Shown one piece after another: positions 10,029 through 19,411 of a stretch of 64,000 bases of DNA (positions are counted from its first letter, which is position 1; each line of letters opens with the position of its first letter). Position numbers and translations under genes: made by a program. Below the pieces are notes generated by a model. It ran no database searches and was not told the DNA's origin. It worked only from the letters and a program-made list of their open reading frames with translations. Location of the stretch: contig JAQGHG010000019.1 in the NCBI GenBank assembly GCA_028288925.1, positions 72,047 through 136,046 of the forward strand, read 5' to 3'. The stretch is from Patescibacteria group bacterium. GTDB taxonomy: Bacteria > Patescibacteriota > Saccharimonadia > UBA4664.

Positions 10029-10172
10029 TATGCCTCCAAGTCTACCATGCTTATCCTGCGGTGCAGCACGGGTATGGCATCAAGCAAAGAGCTCCAAACG
10101 TGGCTCTTCTTGGTATGCCGCTTATGCTCTATACTGGTCACAAGACTATTAGCGAATACTGAGCAAATCATC

Positions 10173-10706
10173 ATGCCTCGCGTTAAACCCAAAAACGACA
10201 CCACTCTCCTAGCCTCGATGCCCGTCCGGCTGGCTGTTGCCACTTTGTCCCTCGGAGCCGTGGCTATCATCGCGGTCTGGGCGATCAATCAACCGCGTCA
10301 AGCCTCCGAGGCTCAGCTCTACCAGGACACGCTCAAGCAAGCCGCCGCCGCCGAACACGATCAAAACTTCTCCAGGGCCGCCGCCGTGTACCGCGACTAC
10401 CTCAAGACCGGCCACAGCCGTCCCCAAGACCATCAGCGAATTGTTTACATCCAGCTCGCCAGCGTGGAAGGCGAAGACCAGCATTATCAGGCCGCGATTA
10501 CGGCGCTGCGAGCCGCCGCCAAGCTACCCCCCGGCGAAGACCAGGCCATTATCCAAGGTCTTGCTAGCAACTATGATCTCGTGGGCGACAAGGCCAAAGC
10601 TATTACCTATTACAAGCTCGTTGTCGAGGATCTCAGAAAAAACCCCGCGCCCGGCAGTAGCTCCAAAGCCGACTCGCTGGAACTGCATATGAAGGACCTG
10701 CGATGA
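10173..10706 (+). CDS. Membrane-anchored TPR protein
   Basis: One TM segment, then TPR-like helices (LASNYDLVGDKAKAITYYK); ATGA overlap with next gene. Confidence 0.75.
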   Translation: MPRVKPKNDTTLLASMPVRLAVATLSLGAVAIIAVWAINQPRQASEAQLYQDTLKQAAAAEHDQNFSRAAAVYRDYLKTGHSRPQDHQRIVYIQLASVEGEDQHYQAAITALRAAAKLPPGEDQAIIQGLASNYDLVGDKAKAITYYKLVVEDLRKNPAPGSSSKADSLELHMKDLR

Positions 10707-12637
10707 CCATGAAGCGTGTCGCCTTAACGTTATTCTCACTGGTAGCCGTCCTCGTGCCGCTCTTCGCCGCCAACCCAGCCTCCGCCGCGACCAAATCCAC
10801 CCACACCGATCCCGGCTATTTTCTACACCAAGTCGTCACCAACTGCGGCGGCAACGTCATCCAGGAAGGCTACGACGAATGGGGCCCGAGCCAAGGCCGC
10901 CAGCTGACCGCCGCCAAATTTATCAGCCTCACCCACGCCTACCTCCGCGATACCGGCAACGGCGGCCAAAACCAAGTCGGCGCCGCCTTCATCATAAACA
11001 CCATGCTCGGCGAACCCCAAAGCCGGTGGGGCGGCGCCAGCGGCCGCTCCCGGGGCATCAAAAACGCCTTCGACCGCGAAGAAGAATGGACATTGCTCGT
11101 GCGGGCCTACGACGCCAACGGCTGGGTCAACTGGGGCAACGCCGGCCATGTCTATAACGAGCCCGGCACCCACTACAAATCCACCCTCTGGCAAGGCAAC
11201 AACGACTGCGGCAGCGGCACCGCCTGGGTCCCCAGCAAGCCCAACGACGTCGCCGAGTTCCAATACTACTACGACCTCACCGGCCTCGAGCTCATCACCT
11301 TCTACAACCGCAACGGCACCCGCTACCGCATCGACCGCCACTGCGGCAACCCGCTCGGCAGCAACTCGCCGCTCCAAAACCCTTTCAGTGTCAGCCTTTC
11401 GGCCGACCACGGAGGTTCACCGACCATATTGGGCCAGGGCCAAACGTACAACCTCGCCGTCCACCTCCAAAACCACGGCCCCGGCAAATCCTTGCCCGGC
11501 CAACTCCAGGTAGAATGGCCCACCAGCAACATCTGCAAGCCCGGCGCCAGCTGCCCGCTGAACATGTCCGATCTCTCCAATGGCTACTCATCTTCCAAAG
11601 GCTTCTATAACGGCGTGGGCATATCCGACCCCATAGTGCCACCCAATCAACCAAACTGGCGCTGGGACACCAAATCTATCGCCAGTTCGGGCAAGACTAC
11701 CGCGAACGGGGTCCTCACCTTTACCACCCTGCCCAACGCCACTCCCGGAGCCACCATTACCTTTGTCGTCTTTTTCTATCCTAGGTCAGGATTCGAAAGC
11801 ACACCGCTCCGCGTCACGGTCACGTACAAAATCGACATCGTGCGTTACCCTGGTATCCATGGGCTCAGCGGCGATATCCATGCCGGAGGCGCCCTCTGCG
11901 GCCAAACCCCCGGCGCCCACAACATCATTAAGGGTAACGCGCAATCGCTTTCCTTCGGCGAGTTCCTGATATCGGCCAGCGGCCAAGTCTCAGGCGTTGG
12001 TTCCAATAATAGCTCCTCCGGCACCACCGCCACCCTTGGGGCCCACGGTAACTACAGCACGATCTGCCGGCCCGACCTAATAGCCGCCGCCAACCTCTAT
12101 ATCAACGCCAATCCTTCCAGCACTACCGACATCTCAGGGCTCACTGTTGATGTGTCTAGCCTGAATGAAGGTATCTATTACAGTAGGAGCGGGACCTTAA
12201 GGCTTAGCGGGACCTTCACCAAGAAGATAACCATCGTGGCCCTGGGCGGATCAGTCGTTATTACCAAGCCCATCATACTCAACGCGCCCAATGTCCCCCC
12301 CACCCAAGTACCCTCCATGGGCATCCTGGCCGCTAACGACATCAACATCAACGGCGCCGCCAACCGTGTGGACGCCTACCTCTTCTCTAATGGGACAATC
12401 AATACCTGCTCCGAGGGAAAAACCGCGCCCTGTATAAGTACTCTCGTCGTCAATGGTTTCATTATGGCCCATGCGCTGGTGTTTAACCGCCTCGGCCCCC
12501 TAACTGGACCAGCCGCGACTGTCGGCGAGCAAATCAATCTGACCGGCCAGCTCTACATCAACCCCCCTATGCTCTTAGATAACGCCAGCGCGATAAACCT
12601 CCTCGAAAGCCAAGGCGAAAAACCGCCCCTCCTGTAG
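10703..12637 (+). CDS. Large secreted Cys-containing surface protein, paralog of 60646..62901
   Basis: Signal peptide (ASA-A); C-terminal ~265 aa visibly similar to the pil-linked protein. Confidence 0.8.
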   Translation: MTMKRVALTLFSLVAVLVPLFAANPASAATKSTHTDPGYFLHQVVTNCGGNVIQEGYDEWGPSQGRQLTAAKFISLTHAYLRDTGNGGQNQVGAAFIINTMLGEPQSRWGGASGRSRGIKNAFDREEEWTLLVRAYDANGWVNWGNAGHVYNEPGTHYKSTLWQGNNDCGSGTAWVPSKPNDVAEFQYYYDLTGLELITFYNRNGTRYRIDRHCGNPLGSNSPLQNPFSVSLSADHGGSPTILGQGQTYNLAVHLQNHGPGKSLPGQLQVEWPTSNICKPGASCPLNMSDLSNGYSSSKGFYNGVGISDPIVPPNQPNWRWDTKSIASSGKTTANGVLTFTTLPNATPGATITFVVFFYPRSGFESTPLRVTVTYKIDIVRYPGIHGLSGDIHAGGALCGQTPGAHNIIKGNAQSLSFGEFLISASGQVSGVGSNNSSSGTTATLGAHGNYSTICRPDLIAAANLYINANPSSTTDISGLTVDVSSLNEGIYYSRSGTLRLSGTFTKKITIVALGGSVVITKPIILNAPNVPPTQVPSMGILAANDININGAANRVDAYLFSNGTINTCSEGKTAPCISTLVVNGFIMAHALVFNRLGPLTGPAATVGEQINLTGQLYINPPMLLDNASAINLLESQGEKPPLL

Positions 12638-12756
12638 GACACGCTCCACTCCAAAGAAACAGGGCCGGCATTCCGCTAATGCTTGCCGCCCACCCGCCAT
12701 ACACGGTAGGCTAGTAATTGAATTGTCCAAAGTACCAGCATAAGAGGTTTGGGAGC

Positions 12757-13893
12757 ATGTTAAGTCAGCAAATCGCCGACAAAATCCGGGCCAAAGTCAG
12801 TGCGCTGGTGAGCCAGGAGTTGCGCGTGACCGATCCGCAGGGTCAATCCTTGTCGCACACTTCTACGCTCAAAGCCGAAAGCGTCGAGATTGCTCAAGTT
12901 ACCTGGGCTATACCGTTTGCCTACGGTGGTAATACCGTGGGATACATCATCCTGGCCGAAGAAATGCCCAACCACGAGGAAATTGCTCCGCTCATCCGCT
13001 CCATCGCCGAGCTCGTAATGCACCAATCGCTCGTGCTAGAGCAAATCCCCCGCCAAGACGAGCGGCTCGACAAGTTTATCTACGATTTGCTCAACCAACC
13101 CCAACCCGAATGGTCGCTGCTCGCCGCCGAGGCCCGCCTCTTCGACATCGAGCTCGACCGACCGCGCATCGCCATCGTCATCCAAGTAGACGATCCAGCC
13201 CTCACCACCCGTTTCCAGGACCCTGCGGGCGACCGGGAGATCCGCCTCACCCGCTACAAGTTCGGCATCAACCGCGCACTCGACTCGTTCTACACCTCCA
13301 GCCGCGAAAACGTCGTGAGCTACCTGGGCGGTACCTCGTTTTGCATCCTCAAAGATCTCATCGGCACCGACGAAGTCGACCTCGGCACCCACCTCGACAA
13401 CTTCAAGAAGAGCCTGGGCGCCATCTACGGCATCCTCAAGAGCGAACTCAAGCTACCCACTACCGTCGGCGTCGGCAACTACCACTCGGGCCTCGAGGGG
13501 CTGCGCCAGAGCTACCACGAAGCCGTCTCGGCCATCGAGCTCGGCGGCCAGACCTGGGACCAGGACCGTATCTACCACATCGACGACTTCGGCGTGGTCG
13601 CACCTTTGCTTTCGGGCGTCGACGAATCCAACATTTACTTCTCCCGCGAGCTCCTGGAGCGCCTGGGCGAAAACCACGAGATCATCCAAACCCTCGAAGC
13701 CTTCTTCAACTTCGATATGAGCCTCACCCGCACCGCCGATATGCTCAAGATCCACCGTAACACCCTCGTTTACCGCCTCGACCGCATCACCGAGACGCTC
13801 GGGCTCGATCCGCGCAAGTTCGACGATGCCGTCCAGATCAAACTCGCCATCCTCTATAATCGGTTTGTGGAGCCCCATCATGCAGCTCAATAA
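12757..13893 (+). CDS. CdaR/PucR-family transcriptional regulator
   Basis: TVGVG...LRQSYHEA; C-terminal HTH TADMLKIHRNTLVYRLDRI. Confidence 0.9.
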   Translation: MLSQQIADKIRAKVSALVSQELRVTDPQGQSLSHTSTLKAESVEIAQVTWAIPFAYGGNTVGYIILAEEMPNHEEIAPLIRSIAELVMHQSLVLEQIPRQDERLDKFIYDLLNQPQPEWSLLAAEARLFDIELDRPRIAIVIQVDDPALTTRFQDPAGDREIRLTRYKFGINRALDSFYTSSRENVVSYLGGTSFCILKDLIGTDEVDLGTHLDNFKKSLGAIYGILKSELKLPTTVGVGNYHSGLEGLRQSYHEAVSAIELGGQTWDQDRIYHIDDFGVVAPLLSGVDESNIYFSRELLERLGENHEIIQTLEAFFNFDMSLTRTADMLKIHRNTLVYRLDRITETLGLDPRKFDDAVQIKLAILYNRFVEPHHAAQ

Positions 13894-15067
13894 CGCCCTC
13901 GCCAAACAGATAGCCGGCAAAGCCCACCAGGTGCTCAAACGCGACATCCTCATCGCCGACCTCTCCGGCCAACTCCTCGCCAGCCACGAGGGTCTCCGCC
14001 ATGGCTTCGTCACCGAGGCTCTGAGCGTCGCCCAAACCGGCCACTCGGTCTCGGCCGACTTCGAAGACCGCTCCACCAAATGGTGGCCCTTCATCTACGA
14101 AGAACAAACCATCGCGGTCTTCGGCCTGCCACTCGATTCCGGCCCCATCACCCAGGAAGCCATCACGCTTCTGCAGGGATTAGCCGAGGTCATCGTTTAT
14201 CAGCACTTCTTGCTCGACAAAATCCAGTCAGCCGAGCGCGTGCGCGCCGATTTCGTACAGCTCGCCCTCACCGCCCCTGCCGTCGACGCCGTCGACATCT
14301 ACCGCCAAGCCGACATTCTCCAGCTCAACCTCCGATCCTCCCAAGCCGTCATGCTCATTCACATCGACGGTCTGGAACGCGATGTGCGCCGGCGGCACGC
14401 CCACCTCTCCGCCGAAGAACAGCAGCTCCAGCTCGATGTCGTCACCGAATCCATCAATACTCACATCCGCGAAGTTTTCAAAAACTTCCAAGACAACCTG
14501 GTAGCCTATTTCGGCGACGACCGCTTCGTGCTCATCAAGGGCATCGGCGGCGACACGCTCACCACCCTCAACACCATCCGGTTCCTCACCGAAAAAGCCG
14601 AATTCGCTCTGGCCGCCGTCCAGAAACTCGATCTCGGACACACTGTCACCGTAGGCGTCGGCCAGTACTACCCCGATCTCGGCGGCCTGCGCAAGAGCTA
14701 CCAGGACGCCAAGCTCGCCCTCGAGGTCGGTTCCAAAGTCTGGGGCTTCGGGCGCGTCTTCCACATCAAGCAAGTCGGCATGTTCATCACCCTAGCCGGC
14801 ACCACCCAGGACCGCAAAGCCGAGCTGGCCCACCAGATCCTTTCTCCCCTCCTGCGCGATGAGCAGCTCTTCAAAACCGTCCAGGTCTTCCTCGCCAGCG
14901 GCCTCAATCTCACCGACGCCGCCGAAAGACTCCACATCCACCGCAACACCTTAATCTACCGGCTCGACAAGACCAAAAAGCTCATCGGCCTCGACCCACG
15001 GCACTTCGATGACGCCCTGCAGATCAAACTTGGGCTGATGTTCTATCAAGATCCCGCGGCGGTTTAG
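13880..15067 (+). CDS. CdaR/PucR-family transcriptional regulator (second copy)
   Basis: TVGVG...LRKSYQDA; HTH AAERLHIHRNTLIYRLDK. Confidence 0.9.
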   Translation: MQLNNALAKQIAGKAHQVLKRDILIADLSGQLLASHEGLRHGFVTEALSVAQTGHSVSADFEDRSTKWWPFIYEEQTIAVFGLPLDSGPITQEAITLLQGLAEVIVYQHFLLDKIQSAERVRADFVQLALTAPAVDAVDIYRQADILQLNLRSSQAVMLIHIDGLERDVRRRHAHLSAEEQQLQLDVVTESINTHIREVFKNFQDNLVAYFGDDRFVLIKGIGGDTLTTLNTIRFLTEKAEFALAAVQKLDLGHTVTVGVGQYYPDLGGLRKSYQDAKLALEVGSKVWGFGRVFHIKQVGMFITLAGTTQDRKAELAHQILSPLLRDEQLFKTVQVFLASGLNLTDAAERLHIHRNTLIYRLDKTKKLIGLDPRHFDDALQIKLGLMFYQDPAAV

Positions 15068-15280
15068 CTCACTGTTCAACAATAGTATTCACCCTCTATA
15101 GCCCTCTTATCAGATAACGATCAGACTATGTCACAAAGCACCCGACCCTTTTCGTTGTAATTTTTGTAACATATAGGCTTTGACAAACGTGTCCAACGCA
15201 GTTAATTTACATACATTAACGACGGTGGTCAGGCAATTATTATTGCTACCTATTAAGCGCGTCGAGCTAACTAACCGAGG

Positions 15281-15517
15281 GTGAAGATGCAAAAACGAAA
15301 TCCCAGCGACTACGACTCTTTTTTCATGGAGCTACCCCAGGCAGATTATTTAAACGACATTGAAATCCAAGACGAGTACGAAGACACACCGGAAGGAAAA
15401 TTACCAGGCCTCAGCGACGAGCAAGTCTCCGAAATAGCCCGCGATTCGCTGAACGCCGTGGGGGAGCAACCTAGCCCCTCCCCGGAACCCGATTTATTCT
15501 CCCAAGAAGACGACTAG
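15281..15517 (+). CDS. Small very acidic hypothetical protein
   Basis: TTGACA-N17-TAATTT promoter at 15180; GAGG SD; followed by hairpin plus T-tract. Confidence 0.65.
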   Translation: MKMQKRNPSDYDSFFMELPQADYLNDIEIQDEYEDTPEGKLPGLSDEQVSEIARDSLNAVGEQPSPSPEPDLFSQEDD

Positions 15518-15540
15518 CCCCATTCCAACCTCATACCCTA

Positions 15541-15565
15541 GCCCGCTCATCGCGGGCATTTTTTT
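15541..15565 (+). terminator. Intrinsic terminator
   Basis: GCCCGC-TCATC-GCGGGC-ATTTTTTT. Confidence 0.75.
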
Positions 15566-15686
15566 GGTATTGACTGTTCGGTTTCCATTCGGTATTCTCT
15601 AGATCAGAGGGTGATAGATAACACATTTTAAGACGAAGTTCGCACGAACTTTAAGGTCCACACGTGCGACGAAAGGAGTGTCCCAC

Positions 15687-16094
15687 ATGGCAGAATCAAT
15701 CGAACAACTAAGAATCTACAAGTCCGCCCGAGGCCTGGAAGACCAAGTCTATGAGCTGGTCAAACAGTTCCCCGCTGATCAGTTCTACGGCCTCGGCAAC
15801 GACCTCCGCCGCTCCAGCGCCGCTGTCTCGCATCACATCGCCGGCGCGCACCGGCTCTTCAGCTACCGGCTTAAGCTCGACGAGCTAGCAGCCATGCGCC
15901 GCGAAGCCGAAGCCACCCGCAAATACCTCGAAGATGCCCGGGAATTCGGCGCTTCAGACGAACTCCTCAAGGAGTACACGGGGATTATCAAGCAATCCTG
16001 GGGCCTCACCAAGTGGCTGCGCGGCAAGCTCGAGGAAAAGCGCGAGAAGGCCGAAGTGTCCGCCAAGGAAGAGCTCGTAGCCGCTAGATCGTAG
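15687..16094 (+). CDS. Four-helix-bundle protein (23S rRNA IVS protein/Avd-like family)
   Basis: LRIY...VYELVKQFP..QFYGLGNDLRRSSAAVSHHIA; SD AAAGGAG; promoter TTGACT-N17-TATTCT at 15570. Confidence 0.85.
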   Translation: MAESIEQLRIYKSARGLEDQVYELVKQFPADQFYGLGNDLRRSSAAVSHHIAGAHRLFSYRLKLDELAAMRREAEATRKYLEDAREFGASDELLKEYTGIIKQSWGLTKWLRGKLEEKREKAEVSAKEELVAARS

Positions 16095-16114
16095 CAAAAA
16101 TTACAACGAAACCC

Positions 16115-16145
16115 AACGGCCGCCCTTACCTGGCGGCCGTTTCTG
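16115..16145. terminator. Terminator hairpin between convergent genes
   Basis: AACGGCCGCC-CTTACCT-GGCGGCCGTT-TCT. Confidence 0.7.
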
Positions 16146-16216
16146 TTGGAGCTTACCTAGTAGATTTTATGCGTCACAAAAAGACGCCCATAAGTACCCT
16201 GTGTCTAAATCCGCCG

Positions 16217-17503
16217 CTAATCAAAATACCGCACGCTCCCAAACGGCACCTTATCCGGCATCGGATTCTTCGACTTCATCACCGCCGCTGGTACCAGCGT
16301 CAGCTCGCCGTAACGGTCATTCACTATGTTCATCGCGTCTTCGATCCGATCCTGCCGTACATCCTCACTCTCATATAGCGCCAGCTGCTCCGTACGGGCC
16401 GGCTCCACCGCGTAGGCCGTCATAGCCATACTCGCGACCACCTCGCCCCGCGGACCGCGCCAAAACAGCTCCAGAGCCCGCTGGTACAGCTGGTCGGCGC
16501 GGCGCACCGGCGTCCGGTACATCCGGCGCTCACCCCAGGCATACTGCCCATACATCCGGTTCCGGCGAGCCTCCTCGCCCGGTCCGGCCTGCCGCGCATA
16601 CGTCAGCCGCAACATCAGTCCGCGCGCCGCCAGGTTATTCTTGCGCAACCGCCGCGCCACCTTCACGGCCGCCTTGTACAGCAGCGTCGCCAGCTCCTCA
16701 GGATCGGCCGTCCGGTGCTCCAGCACATAGCTGCGCCCCACCGTCCGGATTCCATACTCCACCTCGGTCTCATACCCGCGCAGCTTGAGATACCAATGGT
16801 GGCCATTAACCCCCCGAAACACTTGCTTAGTCAGCACCGCCTCCGACGCCCGAAAAAAATCCAGCGCCGTATAAATCCCCGCCTCATTCAGCCGCAGCTT
16901 GTTACGCTGCTTAATATACGGCAGCTCCACCAGATCCATCATGCCGTACACTACCTCCAGATTATCCGGCCCGATCATATACAGACCGTCGGGCTTCAAA
17001 AAACCCGCCGCCACCTTGGCCAGCCAGCGATTCTGGGCGATGCCCACATTCACCGTCATGTAATCCCCCACTTCCTCGTGCACCCGTTGCTTGAGCTCCC
17101 GGCCCACATCTTCCAACGACCGTCCTTTGAGCAGCCCCCGCATACCCCGAAAATCAATAATTCCCTCATCCACCGACTTCATATACGACACCGGCGAATA
17201 GCTTTCGAAGATCGCCCGCATTTTTTTATTAATATAGCCATACTTGGCACTATCGCTCTCCACCATTACAAACCCCGGCGCCCGCAGCCGGGCCTCCCGC
17301 AGCCGCGTGCCCACGCCCACGCCATGTTTGCGCGCCTCGTATGACGACGTAATGCAAATCGCGAAATCATTATTGCGGTTGGTAATACCCACCGGCTTAC
17401 CGCGCAGCAGCGGATTAGCCTGCTGCTCGGCCATCGCAAAAGCCGAGTTGAGATCCACGTGCATAATCTCCGACGGCTCAGGATTTATGCGCAGCTCCAT
17501 CAT
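16217..17503 (-). CDS. Y-family DNA polymerase (DinB/PolY)
   Basis: MHVDLNSAFA, SSYEAR, SVDE, LAKVAA motifs; ATGA overlap with upstream small gene. Confidence 0.92.
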   Translation of the reverse strand: MMELRINPEPSEIMHVDLNSAFAMAEQQANPLLRGKPVGITNRNNDFAICITSSYEARKHGVGVGTRLREARLRAPGFVMVESDSAKYGYINKKMRAIFESYSPVSYMKSVDEGIIDFRGMRGLLKGRSLEDVGRELKQRVHEEVGDYMTVNVGIAQNRWLAKVAAGFLKPDGLYMIGPDNLEVVYGMMDLVELPYIKQRNKLRLNEAGIYTALDFFRASEAVLTKQVFRGVNGHHWYLKLRGYETEVEYGIRTVGRSYVLEHRTADPEELATLLYKAAVKVARRLRKNNLAARGLMLRLTYARQAGPGEEARRNRMYGQYAWGERRMYRTPVRRADQLYQRALELFWRGPRGEVVASMAMTAYAVEPARTEQLALYESEDVRQDRIEDAMNIVNDRYGELTLVPAAVMKSKNPMPDKVPFGSVRYFD

Positions 17504-17760
17504 CCGTAATACACTTCCTTCAGCCGCCACTCCAACGTCTCCGGGTCCAGCTCCACCCGAAACGCCGTCTCGTCGCACGAAAAGCTAAAAATATGCACGC
17601 GCTTAGTCCCCCGCCGTTCGGGATGGTACAGCCCCATCGTACTCAGCCGGTACCGCCGCCCCTGCCACTTTAAGAGATGGGGCGTCACCCGCATGGTGTT
17701 ACGCGGCCCCGGCGCGAATGACGCCAGCACGCTCACCGGATCATCACATTGTTCACGCAC
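17500..17760 (-). CDS. Small beta-rich protein coupled to the Y-family polymerase
   Basis: P..LKWQGRRY...F...F.VELD....W.L pattern; stop overlaps polymerase start. Confidence 0.7.
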   Translation of the reverse strand: MREQCDDPVSVLASFAPGPRNTMRVTPHLLKWQGRRYRLSTMGLYHPERRGTKRVHIFSFSCDETAFRVELDPETLEWRLKEVYYG

Positions 17761-17787
17761 CAGCGTATCCCCTTGATTACACCTCTA

Positions 17788-17816
17788 TCCTATACCGTAC
17801 AGAAGCCGAACGCAAG
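17788..17816 (-). promoter_or_regulatory. Sigma70-type promoter of the polymerase operon with possible SOS box
   Basis: TTGCGT-N17-TAGGAT; overlapped by GTTC-N7-GTAC. Confidence 0.5.
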
Positions 17817-17852
17817 CGCTTGACGATATTATCGAGTAGTATCAACATGCAA

Positions 17853-18341
17853 CTACCTCACGTCAGGGCGCATCCGCCATACCCGCCGCAGCCCCGCAAC
17901 CGACAATTCCACCCGATAATCCCGCACAAACCGCCCATCCTTCCACTCCGTCCCATTCGTCCATATTTGCAATGGCCGCGCCCGATACACCCGCCGGACC
18001 GCCTCGCCCATAAAACGGGCCGGATCACCAGCCGCCTGGCCCTTCTTCAGCCGCCGGGCCAACCGAATCTGGCCGGGATCAGCCAGCTCGCTCACCCGCG
18101 CCCGAACATACACCCCGGCTCCCTCCCCCTCAGGCACAGTCGAGTCATACACCACGATAAACACCAGCCCGTTCGCCCGTACATTGCGCGAATGCTGGTT
18201 TTCTTTGTCCGAAAACCAATACAAGTTCAGCTCATCATCCACCACTACCCGCACCGGGCTATTCCACGGCTGCCCGTCCGCACTCACCGTCGCCAGGGTC
18301 GCATACTGAATCCGCCGCAAAATCCCAATCGCTTTCTTCAT
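17853..18341 (-). CDS. Pyridoxamine 5'-phosphate oxidase-like flavin-binding protein
   Basis: ATLATVSADGQPWNSPV, HSRNVRAN. Confidence 0.85.
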   Translation of the reverse strand: MKKAIGILRRIQYATLATVSADGQPWNSPVRVVVDDELNLYWFSDKENQHSRNVRANGLVFIVVYDSTVPEGEGAGVYVRARVSELADPGQIRLARRLKKGQAAGDPARFMGEAVRRVYRARPLQIWTNGTEWKDGRFVRDYRVELSVAGLRRVWRMRPDVR

Positions 18342-18380
18342 AACCCCAGCCTACCCGCCACACTCCACACTCGAGAAATA

Positions 18381-18402
18381 GTTGTGCGAAAAAATGCACA
18401 AC
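18381..18402. promoter_or_regulatory. Palindromic operator between divergent genes
   Basis: GTTGTGC-N8-GCACAAC next to TATAAT 18405-18410. Confidence 0.6.
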
Positions 18403-18416
18403 ATTATAATCACTCT

Positions 18417-19217
18417 ATGACGCCCAATCTTCCCACCCTCCAGGCCTACTTCACCAAGCTCGGATTAGCCGCCGAAGCCGCCGATATCTACCTCGCGCTC
18501 CACCAGCGAGGCCCCCAAACCATCTCGGCCCTGGCCCGCAATTCCCATATTGAGCGCACCCGGCTCTACCGGCTCCTCCCCGAGCTCACCGCGGCCGGCC
18601 TCATCGAAACCGAAACTCGCTACAAGCATGGCGTCGTCAAGGCCGCCCCCATCACCAACCTGCGCGTTCTCCTAGCTCAAAAAGAGGCCGAACTATCGGG
18701 CCTCCAAGACGAATTAAGCCTGATCGACCAAACCCTCACCCAAAGCCACTCCCTCAACTCCGCTGCCACCAAAGTTCAGTTCTACCAAGGCGCCGAGGGC
18801 CTGCGCCAAATGCGCTGGAACGAACTGCGCGCCCACACCGACATTATCGGCTACGGCCACCGCATCTTCGACGAAGGCACCGGCCGCACCTTTATGGAAC
18901 GCTGGGCCGCCGAATTCGAGCAGCGCGGCTTGCGCAAAAAAATCCTCATCGGCGACGATTTCATCGCCAGCTGGCGCGAAAACCGGCCCAAGGTCGCCAT
19001 CCAACGCCGCATCAAGGGCACCGAGTACAACTACATCGAGCCCGCCGTCCTCAACATCACTCATTCATGCGATATCTACGACAACGTCACCACCAACTTC
19101 GGCTGGAAAGACGGCGAAATATTTGGCTTCGAGATCTACAACCAAGACATCGCCGACACTCAACGCCGGCTGCTTGAGCTCATTTGGGCTCAATCTAAGC
19201 CGGAAACGCGCATATAA
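18417..19217 (+). CDS. TrmB-family transcriptional regulator
   Basis: LGL...ADIYLAL...TISALARNSHIERTRLYRLL..L...GLI; VQFYQG.EG; IYDN. Confidence 0.85.
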   Translation: MTPNLPTLQAYFTKLGLAAEAADIYLALHQRGPQTISALARNSHIERTRLYRLLPELTAAGLIETETRYKHGVVKAAPITNLRVLLAQKEAELSGLQDELSLIDQTLTQSHSLNSAATKVQFYQGAEGLRQMRWNELRAHTDIIGYGHRIFDEGTGRTFMERWAAEFEQRGLRKKILIGDDFIASWRENRPKVAIQRRIKGTEYNYIEPAVLNITHSCDIYDNVTTNFGWKDGEIFGFEIYNQDIADTQRRLLELIWAQSKPETRI

Positions 19218-19411
19218 ATCCCGCAGGGCCGGCTTTCGCAGCAAAGGGAGGCTACGGCCACACACCAAGTATTCGCATAATGATACTAGTCTTATAAATG
19301 CCTTTTAACAGTCCAAATTATGGCTTGGTAGAAAGACTACTAGAGATATGCTTGACGATATTATCGAGTAGTATCAATATGCGACTACTTCACGCTACGA
19401 CGAAACCACCC

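Larger units (their letters stand above)
15150..16111. repeat. Perfect 17 bp inverted repeat pair
   Basis: TTTCGTTGTAATTTTTG at 15150-15166; CAAAAATTACAACGAAA at 16095-16111. Confidence 0.85.
17818..19394. repeat. 45 bp direct repeat pair (17818-17862 and 19350-19394)
   Basis: GCTTGACGATATTATCGAGTAGTATCAAYATGCRACTACYTCACG, 42/45 identical. Confidence 0.9.

Noticed and set aside
15687-16094. Avd-like gene as part of a diversity-generating retroelement
   Set aside because: No reverse transcriptase and no template/variable repeat pair seen in the window
17718-18416. N-terminal extension of the 499 aa ORF
   Set aside because: It is the antisense shadow of the PNPOx-like gene; TrmB similarity begins at ATG 18417 after TATAAT
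19270-19297. dif site (TATTCGCATAA-TGATAC-TAGTCTTATAA)
   Set aside because: XerC-like arm is plausible, but the XerD arm matches only about 6/11 of TTATGTTAAAT, and no strand-bias switch is evident here
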